From assembly GCA_945872435.1 (NCBI GenBank), contig CAMBYP010000002.1, forward strand, positions 1-58,754: 58,754 nucleotides of DNA, written 5' to 3'. A program made the translations under genes and the position numbers. Of the stretch, positions 43,983-53,401 are shown piece by piece. Under the pieces are notes generated by a model, which was not told the DNA's origin, ran no database searches, and saw only the letters and a program-made list of their open reading frames with translations. Source of the stretch: an uncultured Mycoplasmatota bacterium (GTDB taxonomy: Bacteria > Bacillota_I > Bacilli_A > RF39 > UBA660). Each line of letters opens with the position of its first letter. Positions within the stretch are counted from its first letter, which is position 1.

Positions 43983-45943
43983 TCTATTGTTTTCATAGTA
44001 GGAATTAAATCATCCAATTCTTTAGATTCTTCAAATGGTTCAGACCCTTTTAAATAATAAAGCATCTTTTTCTTTTTTGTACTTTCATTTGCTGGTTTAC
44101 CACTAATAGGATCTACTAAGACACCTACTACATTATTTGGTATTTCATACCATCCATCTCCTTTTAAATTTTTTAAAGATGCTTCCATTGTATCTACCCA
44201 CATATTTTTAATTAAATTACCATCTTTGACATCACTTTCTTTATTATTATCGTATCCTGCCCAAATTCCCATTAACAATTCTTGATTATATCCAAAAATA
44301 AGATGATCTGTATTTGTTGTTCCGGTTTTTATTGCATATTTTTTAGTAATTTTAGGTGCTATATTGATACAAGTAGGGAAATTATAATCAATAAATTCTT
44401 GAGCATAAGAACTTGTTAGCATTTCATTTAAAATGAATACAATACTACGATTTAAAACATTTTCTTTTTTGGCTTTGTATGAATATAAAACATTTCCATC
44501 TTTGTCAGTTACTTTTCGAATAAAATAAGGTTTTATTTTATCACCACCACTAGCAAGTGTATTATAACCCTCCATCATATCTAATAAGTTAATTTCATTT
44601 GTTCCTAATGCAAGAGAAGGAATTGGTTTCAATTTTTCCTGAATTCCGACTCTTTTTGCAATATTTACTAAGCTATCTTCTCCCAAAAAGAGATGTGTTT
44701 TAACAGCATATATATTATCTGAATATGCGAGAGCAGCAGCCATACTAATCTGTTTATTAGGATAATTACTATTATAATTTTCAGGACTATAAGTTGTATT
44801 ACTCTGAAAGGTAAAAGTAGTTTTTTCACTTTTAAAAGTAGTAGATGGAGTAAATCCATTTTCTAATGCTTCATAGTATAAGAAAGGTTTAATACTAGAT
44901 CCAACTTGTCTTTTCGCACTTGTAGCACGATTATATTGACTTTTTTTATAGTCTCTTCCTCCTGTAGTAGCGAGTATTTTTCCTGTTTTTGGTTCCATTA
45001 CAACGCTTGCCACTTCTAAATCTGGATTTTCTTTCAAATCTTCATTCATACTATTTTCCATATTTTTTTGAATATCAGGATCTAAATTTGTATATATTTT
45101 TAAACCACCTGTTTTTAAGAAAGAAGAAGGAATCGTTTTGATAGATTTTAATTCTTTAATGACCGCATCTTGATAATACATTAGGGTTGATAGACTTTGA
45201 TCATTATCACTACCTATATAAGTTAATTCTTTTTTTTCAGCTTTATTTTTTTGTTCAGATGTAATATATCCATTTTTCTCCATTAAAGTTAGTATCATTT
45301 TTTGTCTTTCTTTGGCCGCTAATTCATTTGATATAGGAGAATAATGAGTTGGGTCTTTAGGAATTCCTGCTAAAATAGATGCTTCGGCAAGTGTCAAATC
45401 TTTGGCACTTTTATTAAAATAATATTTACTAGCATTCTCAATTCCAAACACCCCTCCATAATTAATTGTATTTAAATAACCCTCTAAGATTTTATCTTTA
45501 CTGTAATGTGACTCTAAACGTACTGTTAACCATGCTTCGTCAATTTTTCTACTCCATGTTTTATCAAAATCTAAAAATAAATTTTTCGCATATTGTTGTG
45601 TAATGGTAGAAGCACCTTGTTTTGTTTTTCCGCTTGTAAAATTAACATATAATGCTTTTATGATACGCAAAAAATCAAATCCTTGATGTTTATAAAAATT
45701 TTTATCTTCCACTGATAATGTAGCATCTATTACATATGGTGAAATTTCGTCTAATGATATCCAATCTTTTTGATTTCCTACAGTAAATAATTCATTATTT
45801 TTATCAAATAAATAAAAACTATTCGCACTATTAATTGGAAGTTTTGGCATTAATTTAGCCACAACATAAATACTAATATATGTCAGTAATAACACAATGA
45901 TAACAATGCCAAATAGTTTACCCAATTTTTTCCATTTTTTCAT
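43979..45943 (-). CDS. bifunctional class A penicillin-binding protein (GT51 transglycosylase + transpeptidase)
   Basis: EDKNFYKHQGFD, GASTITQQ, RKIDEA; SSIKPF (SxxK), SDN, KTGTT; N-terminal TM. Confidence 0.92.
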   Translation of the reverse strand: MKKWKKLGKLFGIVIIVLLLTYISIYVVAKLMPKLPINSANSFYLFDKNNELFTVGNQKDWISLDEISPYVIDATLSVEDKNFYKHQGFDFLRIIKALYVNFTSGKTKQGASTITQQYAKNLFLDFDKTWSRKIDEAWLTVRLESHYSKDKILEGYLNTINYGGVFGIENASKYYFNKSAKDLTLAEASILAGIPKDPTHYSPISNELAAKERQKMILTLMEKNGYITSEQKNKAEKKELTYIGSDNDQSLSTLMYYQDAVIKELKSIKTIPSSFLKTGGLKIYTNLDPDIQKNMENSMNEDLKENPDLEVASVVMEPKTGKILATTGGRDYKKSQYNRATSAKRQVGSSIKPFLYYEALENGFTPSTTFKSEKTTFTFQSNTTYSPENYNSNYPNKQISMAAALAYSDNIYAVKTHLFLGEDSLVNIAKRVGIQEKLKPIPSLALGTNEINLLDMMEGYNTLASGGDKIKPYFIRKVTDKDGNVLYSYKAKKENVLNRSIVFILNEMLTSSYAQEFIDYNFPTCINIAPKITKKYAIKTGTTNTDHLIFGYNQELLMGIWAGYDNNKESDVKDGNLIKNMWVDTMEASLKNLKGDGWYEIPNNVVGVLVDPISGKPANESTKKKKMLYYLKGSEPFEESKELDDLIPTMKTIE

Positions 45944-46045
45944 GTTATATCTCCTTATAATATTACTATTGTTTAGTATTAGTAAAATATAAAAAAATAT
46001 AAGTGCTTTTTTTATATAGTTATGTTATAATGTCTACGTTTAAAG

Positions 46046-46429
46046 GTGTGTGGTTTTTTGGCGAAAATAAAGTTAGAAGCAAAAGTCATGAATCAAAGTG
46101 AAAAAAATACTTTTTCTTATCAAGGTGATGGCTTGTTATTAAAAAATAAAATCGTCTATTATGAGAATGATATATGTGTCACACTTACGAAACAGGATAA
46201 TATAGTAAGATTGGTAAGAAAGCAAAAAGATTATGAGTTAGAAATGACGTTTCAAAAAGGTTATAAAACGGAAGTTATTTATAATTCATTGAAAGAATCT
46301 TTGAAAACTTATTTACAAGTAGAAACAAACGTGTTAGAATGGGAAAACGACAGGGTTAAAATCGATTATAGATTATATCCAAGCGATGAATTATTTTCAT
46401 ATCAATTGAAATTTGAGGTGATAGAATGA
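46046..46429 (+). CDS. DUF1934 (YwiB-like) protein; start uncertain (GTG 46046, TTG 46058 or ATG 46088)
   Basis: Small beta-rich ORF whose stop overlaps the argS start (ATGA), the conserved DUF1934-argS arrangement in Firmicutes. Confidence 0.6.
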   Translation: MCGFLAKIKLEAKVMNQSEKNTFSYQGDGLLLKNKIVYYENDICVTLTKQDNIVRLVRKQKDYELEMTFQKGYKTEVIYNSLKESLKTYLQVETNVLEWENDRVKIDYRLYPSDELFSYQLKFEVIE

Positions 46430-48120
46430 TTACAGAAAAATTAGGAGAGTTATTAACGAATGTTGCGAAAACATGTGGCTATGATGATACATTTACTGTC
46501 ATTTTATCGAATCGTCCAGAGTTATGTGATTATCAAAGCGATACTGCTTTTCAATTAGCAAAGAAATATCACAAAGCTCCGATGATGATTGGGACAGAAA
46601 TTGTAGATGCTTTAAAAAAGATTGACAATTTTGAATCTTATTTTAAAGAAGTATCATTTGCAGCACCTGGTTTTATTAATATGTCTTTGAGTGATACATT
46701 TATTAAAGAAAAATTAGTAGATATGATGAATCATGAGAAGTTTCATTTAAAACAACCAGAACAAGTAAAAACATTTGTGCTTGATTATGGTGGACCAAAT
46801 GTGGCAAAACCGCTTCACGTAGGACATATGCGTACTGCGATTGTAGGAGAGAGTATTAAACGTATTATTAATTACGTAGGTCATAAAACGATTAGTGATG
46901 TTCATTTAGGAGATTATGGATTACAAATTGGGCAAGTAATTTATGGTGTTTTACAGGATCAAAAAGATATCAATGATATTACGTTAGAATATTTAGAAGA
47001 TATTTATCCAAAGATGAGTGCTCTTTGTAAAGAAGATGATGAGATTAAAGAAAAGTGTGCAGCGATTACGAAGAGCTTACAAGATGGAGATCCTACTTAT
47101 CGTGAATTATGGAAAGTGATTTTAGAGATTAGTGGAAATGATATTAAACGTTTATATCGTTATTTAGATGTTTCTTTTGACCTATGGCAAGGAGAAAGTG
47201 ATGCTTATAAGTATATTGCTCCAACAGAGGAAATTCTTCATGAGAAGGGCCTTATTGAGGACAGTGAAGGTGCGAAAGTAGTAAAAGTAAAGAGTGAAGA
47301 AGATACGAAAGAAGTACCACCACTGATTTGGCAAAAGAGTAATGGTGCGTATCTTTATGGAACAACTGATCTCGCAACTATCTATGAACGTGAACATAGA
47401 TTTCATCCAGATTACATTTGTTATGTAGTAGATAATCGTCAAAATCTTCATTTTGAACAAGTATTCCGTGTTGCGAAAAAAGCAGGAATAACAGATGCGA
47501 ATTTAGAATTCTTAGGTTATGGAACCGTGAATGGAGAAGATGGAAAACCATATAAAACAAGAAGCGGAAATACGCCAAAATTAGATGGTTTATTTGAACA
47601 GACAAAAGAAATATTCTTATCTAAAAAAGAAGAGAATAAAGAAAAGAACGATGAAGATATTCGTAAGATTGCAAATGCAATTCTGAAATTTGCAGATTTA
47701 CAAAATAGCCGTGAAAGAGATTACATCTTTGATATTCATAAATTTTCTAATACTGTAGGAAAAACGGGACCATATATTTTATATACTTATTTAAGAATTG
47801 ATAAAATATTAAAACAAGTAGAGGTTCCAACTAGTTTATCTTCTCAAATTTATAATGAAACAGATCGTAATTTACGTTTAAAATTGTTAGAATTGGAAAA
47901 AGTAATCTTAGCAGCATTTCATGAAAGAAAGCCAAATATTATTGCTGATTATATTTATCAATTATCTGATCTTGCCAATTCATTTTATCAAAATAATCAT
48001 TTAGCTAATTTAGAAGATCAACAAAAGAAAAATGATTGGTTATATGTTTTAACACTTACGAATAAAGTTTTAAAAGAAATGTTATTTCTAATTGGAATAG
48101 AAATACCAACTTTTATGTAA
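46426..48120 (+). CDS. argS: arginyl-tRNA synthetase
   Basis: GGPNVAKPLHVGHMRTAIVGES (HIGH region), class I anticodon-binding C-terminus; 564 aa. Confidence 0.95.
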   Translation: MITEKLGELLTNVAKTCGYDDTFTVILSNRPELCDYQSDTAFQLAKKYHKAPMMIGTEIVDALKKIDNFESYFKEVSFAAPGFINMSLSDTFIKEKLVDMMNHEKFHLKQPEQVKTFVLDYGGPNVAKPLHVGHMRTAIVGESIKRIINYVGHKTISDVHLGDYGLQIGQVIYGVLQDQKDINDITLEYLEDIYPKMSALCKEDDEIKEKCAAITKSLQDGDPTYRELWKVILEISGNDIKRLYRYLDVSFDLWQGESDAYKYIAPTEEILHEKGLIEDSEGAKVVKVKSEEDTKEVPPLIWQKSNGAYLYGTTDLATIYEREHRFHPDYICYVVDNRQNLHFEQVFRVAKKAGITDANLEFLGYGTVNGEDGKPYKTRSGNTPKLDGLFEQTKEIFLSKKEENKEKNDEDIRKIANAILKFADLQNSRERDYIFDIHKFSNTVGKTGPYILYTYLRIDKILKQVEVPTSLSSQIYNETDRNLRLKLLELEKVILAAFHERKPNIIADYIYQLSDLANSFYQNNHLANLEDQQKKNDWLYVLTLTNKVLKEMLFLIGIEIPTFM

Positions 48121-48139
48121 ATCATATATGGAGGGAATT

Positions 48140-48583
48140 ATGAAATTAAAAAATATGCCTAAAGAAGAATTAGAATTAATGTCTTATACAGATTTAACTG
48201 AAAAGTTATTAAAAGAAAATAAAAAAACAATGAATACTCCAACAATTTTTCGAAAAATTTGTGATTTATTGGGGTATAGTGATGATGAATATACATCAAA
48301 AATTGGTGATTATTATACTTCACTTACTATTGATAAAAGATTTGTATTATTAGATAATAACGAATGGGATTTAAGAGATCATCATAGTATTAATCTTTCA
48401 CTTGAAGATGATGATGATGAAGATGAAATCCTTGATGAAGAAGAAATAGAAGAAGAACCAGAATCAGAAGAAGAAGATAATATTGATGAAATTAATACAG
48501 ATGAAGAATTAGATGTAAATGAAGAAAATGATATTGATGAATTAAATATTATTTCAGATGATGACGAAGACGAGATAGAATAG
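48140..48583 (+). CDS. rpoE: RNA polymerase delta subunit
   Basis: HARE-HTH-like N-domain (MSYTDLTEKLL...YTSLTIDKRFVLLDNNEWDLRDHH) plus a poly-D/E tail. Start behind GGAGGG. Confidence 0.85.
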   Translation: MKLKNMPKEELELMSYTDLTEKLLKENKKTMNTPTIFRKICDLLGYSDDEYTSKIGDYYTSLTIDKRFVLLDNNEWDLRDHHSINLSLEDDDDEDEILDEEEIEEEPESEEEDNIDEINTDEELDVNEENDIDELNIISDDDEDEIE

Positions 48584-48603
48584 CCATATATATGGCTTTT
48601 TTA
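48582..48603 (+). terminator. Rho-independent terminator
   Basis: AGCCATA-ta-TATGGCT followed by T6. Confidence 0.75.
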
Positions 48604-48717
48604 TTAAAAACATATATTTTATAAGGCTTTTTTGATAAAATATATTGCAATTACTTGAAAATAATGATATTCTTAGAATGTAAGCAAGATAGCTTAACAT
48701 AATAGGAGGTAAAACAT

Positions 48718-48990
48718 ATGACAAAAGCAAGTTTAATCGATTACATTGCTGAAGAAACAGGATTAACAAAAGCTGATGCTACTCGTGCTTTAGATGCAAT
48801 GATGAGTGGAATTGTGAAAGGATTAAAAGAGGAAGGAAAAGTTACTTTAACTGGTTTCTGTACTTTTAATGCAGTTCACAAAGATGCTAAAGTTGGACGT
48901 AATCCAAGAACTGGTGAAGCTGTTCAAATCCCAGCAAGAGTTGCTGCTGTAATTAAAGCTGGTTCTAAATTAAAAGACGCTTTAAACTAA
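48718..48990 (+). CDS. hup: HU-family DNA-binding protein
   Basis: MTKASLIDYIAEETGLTKADA...GRNPRTGEAVQIPA...; 90 aa; RBS AGGAGG. Confidence 0.96.
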   Translation: MTKASLIDYIAEETGLTKADATRALDAMMSGIVKGLKEEGKVTLTGFCTFNAVHKDAKVGRNPRTGEAVQIPARVAAVIKAGSKLKDALN

Positions 48991-49011
48991 AAGGCATTAC
49001 GCCTTTTTTTG
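48990..49011 (+). terminator. Rho-independent terminator
   Basis: AAGGC-attac-GCCTT followed by T7. Confidence 0.7.
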
Positions 49012-49017
49012 TTATCT

Positions 49018-50103
49018 ATGAAAAAATTAGAGACAGCTATTTTACTATTAAAAGAAATTGAACAGCATAATCAAGAAGCTTATATCGTAGGAGGTTTTGT
49101 TAGAGATTTATTAAGAAAAAAACCGAATGATGATATTGATATTTGTACAAGTATGACTCCTAATATGTTAAAAAAATATTTTAAAGTATTAAAAGAAAAT
49201 TATGGTTCTTCGCTCGTTATATATCATGATGAAATATTCGAAATAACCACATTTCGTAAAGAAGTTGGAAATATACTACATCGTCATCCACAGAAAGTTC
49301 ATTATATTAAGTCACTCCAAGAAGATTTGCAGCGTAGAGATTTTAAAATCAATGCTATTTGTATGAATTCAAAAAGAGAAATCATTGATCCATTAAATGG
49401 ACAAAATGATATTATAAATCGAAGAATTGTGTGTATTGGAGATGCTAAGAAACGTTTTGAAGAAGATAGTTTTCGTATATTAAGAGCAATTCGATTTGCA
49501 ACCACTTTAAATTTTACAATGGATGAAAAATTAAAAGAAGCTATTATAGAAAAAAAGCATTTATTAAAAAATATTTCTTATCAACGAAAAAAAGAAGAGT
49601 TAGATAAAATTTTTTATTCTAAAAATGCTAGTTATGGAAGAAAATTATTAATTGATTTAGATCTGTTAAATATATTGGAAATTCCAAAGTTAAAAGATGC
49701 TATTTTATATTCACATCCGTTATTGATATGGATGCAATTAGACGTAGACGCGTTATATCCTTTTTCTAAAAAAGAAAAAAAACAAATGAATTATTTAAGA
49801 AAATGTCAAAAAGAAACTTTTCAAATTTATCGTATTTACGAATCTGATTTCAATACTTGCATTCTAATTGGAATGTTAAAAGGAATTGAAAAAGAAGAAA
49901 TAAAAATTATGAAGAAAAATTTACCAATTCATTCTAGAGAAGATATTAATATTACCAGTCAAGTGTTAGCAAAGTATATCCCTAATAAAAAATTATCACA
50001 ATGTTATAAACAAATTGAAAAAGAAATCCTAAGGGGACATTTAAAAAATAATGTCAAAGAAATAAAAAAATGGGTGGAATCCAATCATAATTTCTATACA
50101 TAG
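49018..50103 (+). CDS. cca: CCA-adding tRNA nucleotidyltransferase
   Basis: YIVGGFVRDLL...DDIDI and RRDFKINA motifs. ATG at 49018; no obvious SD sequence. Confidence 0.85.
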   Translation: MKKLETAILLLKEIEQHNQEAYIVGGFVRDLLRKKPNDDIDICTSMTPNMLKKYFKVLKENYGSSLVIYHDEIFEITTFRKEVGNILHRHPQKVHYIKSLQEDLQRRDFKINAICMNSKREIIDPLNGQNDIINRRIVCIGDAKKRFEEDSFRILRAIRFATTLNFTMDEKLKEAIIEKKHLLKNISYQRKKEELDKIFYSKNASYGRKLLIDLDLLNILEIPKLKDAILYSHPLLIWMQLDVDALYPFSKKEKKQMNYLRKCQKETFQIYRIYESDFNTCILIGMLKGIEKEEIKIMKKNLPIHSREDINITSQVLAKYIPNKKLSQCYKQIEKEILRGHLKNNVKEIKKWVESNHNFYT

Positions 50104-50141
50104 TGAAAAAACTTTAGTATAATAAAGAGCAGGTGATATTT

Positions 50142-50795
50142 ATGATGGATAAAATTGTGTTGTTATTAAAATCATCGACAGGAATGTTTCCTATGCTTTT
50201 ATTGAAGCATTATAAAGAATTTCATTTATCAGATTCTGAATTTATATTATTATTAGAATTATTAAATACAGATTTAGAATTTAATCCAAAACAAATTAGT
50301 TATGATTTAAAGTTAGAAATGACAGAAGTATTAGAAATGATGAACGGTCTAGTAGATAAAGGCATATTAGAAATTGAAGTACGTAAAGTTAGAAATTTAC
50401 GATCTGAATATATTAATTTAGATAAATTATATGAAAAACTGGCATTTTTAGTTGTAAATGATGAAGAAAAAGAAAATAGTGAAAATATTTTTGATATTTT
50501 TGAAAGGGAGTTTGGAAGAACATTGTCACCTATGGAGTATGAGATTATTCAAAGTTGGTGTGGTGGCGAATTTAGTGAGGAATTAATTATTTTAGCATTA
50601 AAAGAAGCAACATATAACGGTGCTAATAATTTAAGATATATTGATAAGATATTATATGAATGGAAGAAAAAAGGTATTAAAAATAAAGAAGATGTAGAAA
50701 AGCAAAAAAATGCTTTCCATAAAAAGAAGGAGTTACAAACAAAAGAATTGTTTGATTATGATTGGTTAAATGAAAGAGAAGATTCAAAAGATTAG
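50142..50795 (+). CDS. dnaD: replication initiation / membrane attachment protein DnaD
   Basis: DnaD C-domain (FEREFGRTLSPMEYEIIQSW...NLRYIDKILYEWKKKGI); upstream of nth as in Bacillus. Confidence 0.85.
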   Translation: MMDKIVLLLKSSTGMFPMLLLKHYKEFHLSDSEFILLLELLNTDLEFNPKQISYDLKLEMTEVLEMMNGLVDKGILEIEVRKVRNLRSEYINLDKLYEKLAFLVVNDEEKENSENIFDIFEREFGRTLSPMEYEIIQSWCGGEFSEELIILALKEATYNGANNLRYIDKILYEWKKKGIKNKEDVEKQKNAFHKKKELQTKELFDYDWLNEREDSKD

Positions 50796-51408
50796 TTTAT
50801 ATCTTGATGAATTATATCCAAATCCTCGCTGTGAATTAAATTATACAAAAGATTATGAATTATTACTTGCTGTGATGTTAAGTGCACAAACAACTGATAA
50901 AAGAGTAAATCAAGTGACAGCAATTTTGTTTCAAAAATATCCCACATTGCATGATTTAAAAGAAGCAAACTTAAAAGATATTGAACAAATCATTAAACCA
51001 ATTGGTACTTATACCAAAAAAGCAAAAAATGTAAAAGAAATAGCAAGTCGTTTATTATTAGAACAAAATGGTATTGTTCCTAATCATCGTGATTATCTAG
51101 AAACTTTACCAGGCGTGGGAAGAAAGACAACCAACGTTGTACTTAGTAATTTATATAATGAAGCGTGTATTGCAGTAGATACACATGTTACTCGCGTTAG
51201 TATACGTTTAGGACTGGCTAGAAAAACAGATGATGTTCGAACTATTGAAAATAAGTTAACAAAAAAATTTCCAAAAGAAACTCTTGGAAGATTACATCAT
51301 CAACTTGTTTTATTTGGAAGATATCATTGTAAAGCTAGAAATCCAGAATGTCAAAATTGTAAATTATATGAAATATGTAAATATAAAGAAAAAAATAAGT
51401 ATCAATAA
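50770..51408 (+). CDS. nth: endonuclease III
   Basis: LSAQTTDKRVN, HhH-GPD GVGRKTTNVVL, C-terminal Cx6CxxCx5C Fe-S cluster. Confidence 0.93.
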   Translation: MKEKIQKISLYLDELYPNPRCELNYTKDYELLLAVMLSAQTTDKRVNQVTAILFQKYPTLHDLKEANLKDIEQIIKPIGTYTKKAKNVKEIASRLLLEQNGIVPNHRDYLETLPGVGRKTTNVVLSNLYNEACIAVDTHVTRVSIRLGLARKTDDVRTIENKLTKKFPKETLGRLHHQLVLFGRYHCKARNPECQNCKLYEICKYKEKNKYQ

Positions 51409-51427
51409 AATTTGATACTTATTTTTA
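51396..51427. terminator. bidirectional terminator
   Basis: AAGTATCAA...TTGATACTT 9-bp stem between convergent nth and lemA. Confidence 0.75.
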
Positions 51428-51976
51428 TAATTTAAAATCATTTTTAATATCATCATTCATATCTTTTCCGTCATAATAAGTTCTTTCTTTATAATGAAAT
51501 AAAAAGGCTAAAATATTTGAAGGAAAAGAACGGACTAATTGATTGTAAGTAGTTACAATGTCATTATAATATTGCCTACATGCATAAACTTCAGCTTCAG
51601 TTTCATTCAAAGAAATCTCAATTTTTAAATAAGATTCACATGTTTTTAATACAGCATATTTTTCTTTATAACTTAAAAATTCATTAATGGAATCATATAA
51701 TTTTCGATCTAATTCGAAATTAGATAATTTACGAGAACGTAATTTAACAATTTCGCTTAAAACTTCATCTTCTTTTTCAATTTTCGTATTTGTTTGGATG
51801 ACATGAATTGATTTATTTAATAAATCAAAACGTTTTCTTAAAACTGAATCAATATTTGCTTCTGCCTCATTTAAACGAATAAAACAATTTTGAAATTTAT
51901 TATAGCAATGAATAAAAAGAATTAATATACTACATATTATGACACAAATTACTAGAAAAAACATTAATACGTTCAT
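51425..51976 (-). CDS. lemA: LemA family protein
   Basis: N-terminal TM, then YNKFQN...LNEAEANIDSVLRKRFDLL and ...YYNDIVTTYNQLVRSFPSNILA. Confidence 0.85.
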   Translation of the reverse strand: MNVLMFFLVICVIICSILILFIHCYNKFQNCFIRLNEAEANIDSVLRKRFDLLNKSIHVIQTNTKIEKEDEVLSEIVKLRSRKLSNFELDRKLYDSINEFLSYKEKYAVLKTCESYLKIEISLNETEAEVYACRQYYNDIVTTYNQLVRSFPSNILAFLFHYKERTYYDGKDMNDDIKNDFKL

Positions 51977-52027
51977 ACTATCACCAAAAACATTATAACA
52001 AAAAAAGAATGCTTTTGCTAGTATAAA

Positions 52028-52405
52028 CTAATTGGGAATAAATTCTTGACTGTAATTAATTTTCTCATAAAATTTAAAATAATCAATATAAATTGTTAAA
52101 AGTAAATACCATTCACCATTAGATGGATTACTAATGATAATATGATCACGACCTGCTTGTTCTATAATTCCTGAAAATTTTAAATCACGCCATTCTGTAG
52201 AATCTGGGAAAGTCATATATACATCTACTTTTTTTCCTTTATTTAATCTTAAAATATTTTCAATATAAGATTGTTCTAATGGAAAATCTCCTGCCATTGT
52301 AGGAACATTTTGTTGATTTGGTATGATACCAGAATTTGAATAAATAGGAGCTCCGGAAAAGTTATTAGCTTGATTTGCTCCTGGAAAAAAACTATTTTGA
52401 TTCAT
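52028..52405 (-). CDS. gerQ: spore coat protein GerQ
   Basis: QSYIENILRLNKGKKVDVYMTF...GRDHIIISNPSNGEWYLLLTIYIDYFKF closely parallels B. subtilis GerQ (ESYIENILRLNRGK...GRDHIIISDP...YLLLTIYLDYI). Confidence 0.85.
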   Translation of the reverse strand: MNQNSFFPGANQANNFSGAPIYSNSGIIPNQQNVPTMAGDFPLEQSYIENILRLNKGKKVDVYMTFPDSTEWRDLKFSGIIEQAGRDHIIISNPSNGEWYLLLTIYIDYFKFYEKINYSQEFIPN

Positions 52406-52515
52406 GTTTTCAACCCTTTCTAGTAAATGATATGACAAAGATTGTAAAATATGAAAAAATTAAACAGAAAATAAACATAATATGATATAATGCTTATGGT
52501 AGGAAGGGGTATCAT

Positions 52516-53091
52516 ATGAAAGTAACAGTAGGGATATCAGCACGTCATGTTCATGTGACGAGAGAAGATTTAGAAATCCTTTTTGGTAAAGATTATGAAT
52601 TAACAAAATGTAGAAATATTAATCAACCAGGTCAATTTGCTAGCAATGAATTTGTAACAGTTCGTACTGAAAAAGATGAGATTGCACATATTCGTATTTT
52701 AGGACCTGTTCGTCAGTACACACAAGTAGAATTATCAAAAACAGATTGTATTAAATTAGGTTTAAATGCTCCTATTAGAGAGTCTGGTGATGTCATAGGA
52801 AGTTCAAAAGTGACAATTATTGGACCAAAAGGAATGATTGAAAGAGAAGCTGGAATTATTGCTACTCGTCATATTCATGTGCCAATAGAAGATGCAAAAA
52901 AATTAGGATTTGAGGGATTAGAAACAGTTAGTGTAAAAATTCCTGGTAAAAAAGGAGGAATTATGTATCACGTGTCAGTACGAATTGCTGAAAATTCATA
53001 TTATGAAATGCATATTGATACAGATGATGCAAATGCATTCCAAATTAAAAGTGGAGAAGAATTAGAAATTTTTAAGGATATTCAAGAATGA
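52516..53091 (+). CDS. pduL: phosphate propanoyl/acetyl-transferase PduL
   Basis: Two PduL repeats with ISARHVHV and ATRHIHV motifs; 191 aa. Confidence 0.9.
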   Translation: MKVTVGISARHVHVTREDLEILFGKDYELTKCRNINQPGQFASNEFVTVRTEKDEIAHIRILGPVRQYTQVELSKTDCIKLGLNAPIRESGDVIGSSKVTIIGPKGMIEREAGIIATRHIHVPIEDAKKLGFEGLETVSVKIPGKKGGIMYHVSVRIAENSYYEMHIDTDDANAFQIKSGEELEIFKDIQE

Positions 53092-53309
53092 TAAATCAAA
53101 TCCAGGTTTGTAATAAATGTAAATCGATAAAAAAGGAAGATATTGAATTTTTAAAAGCGAACTATTCAGATTGTCAGATTTTAATAGGATGTTGTAATTT
53201 ATGTGGTATTGGTAGAACGAAACCATTTGTTATTTACAATCATATACCAATTATTGCTGATACATTTCAAGAAGTAATCAAGCAATTAGAGGATAAAAGA
53301 AAGTCGTAA
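53088..53309 (+). CDS. DUF1450 (YuzB-like) Cys-rich small protein
   Basis: 73 aa with CNKC...CCNLCGIGRTKPF; ATGA overlap with the pduL stop. Confidence 0.5.
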   Translation: MINQIQVCNKCKSIKKEDIEFLKANYSDCQILIGCCNLCGIGRTKPFVIYNHIPIIADTFQEVIKQLEDKRKS

Positions 53310-53401
53310 AGACTTTTTTATTTTGTAAATATGCGTCAATAAAAAGTAAAATTGCTGTATTTTTTAAGTTTTTTCTTTTATAATAACAATAGAGGTGGCT
53401 T

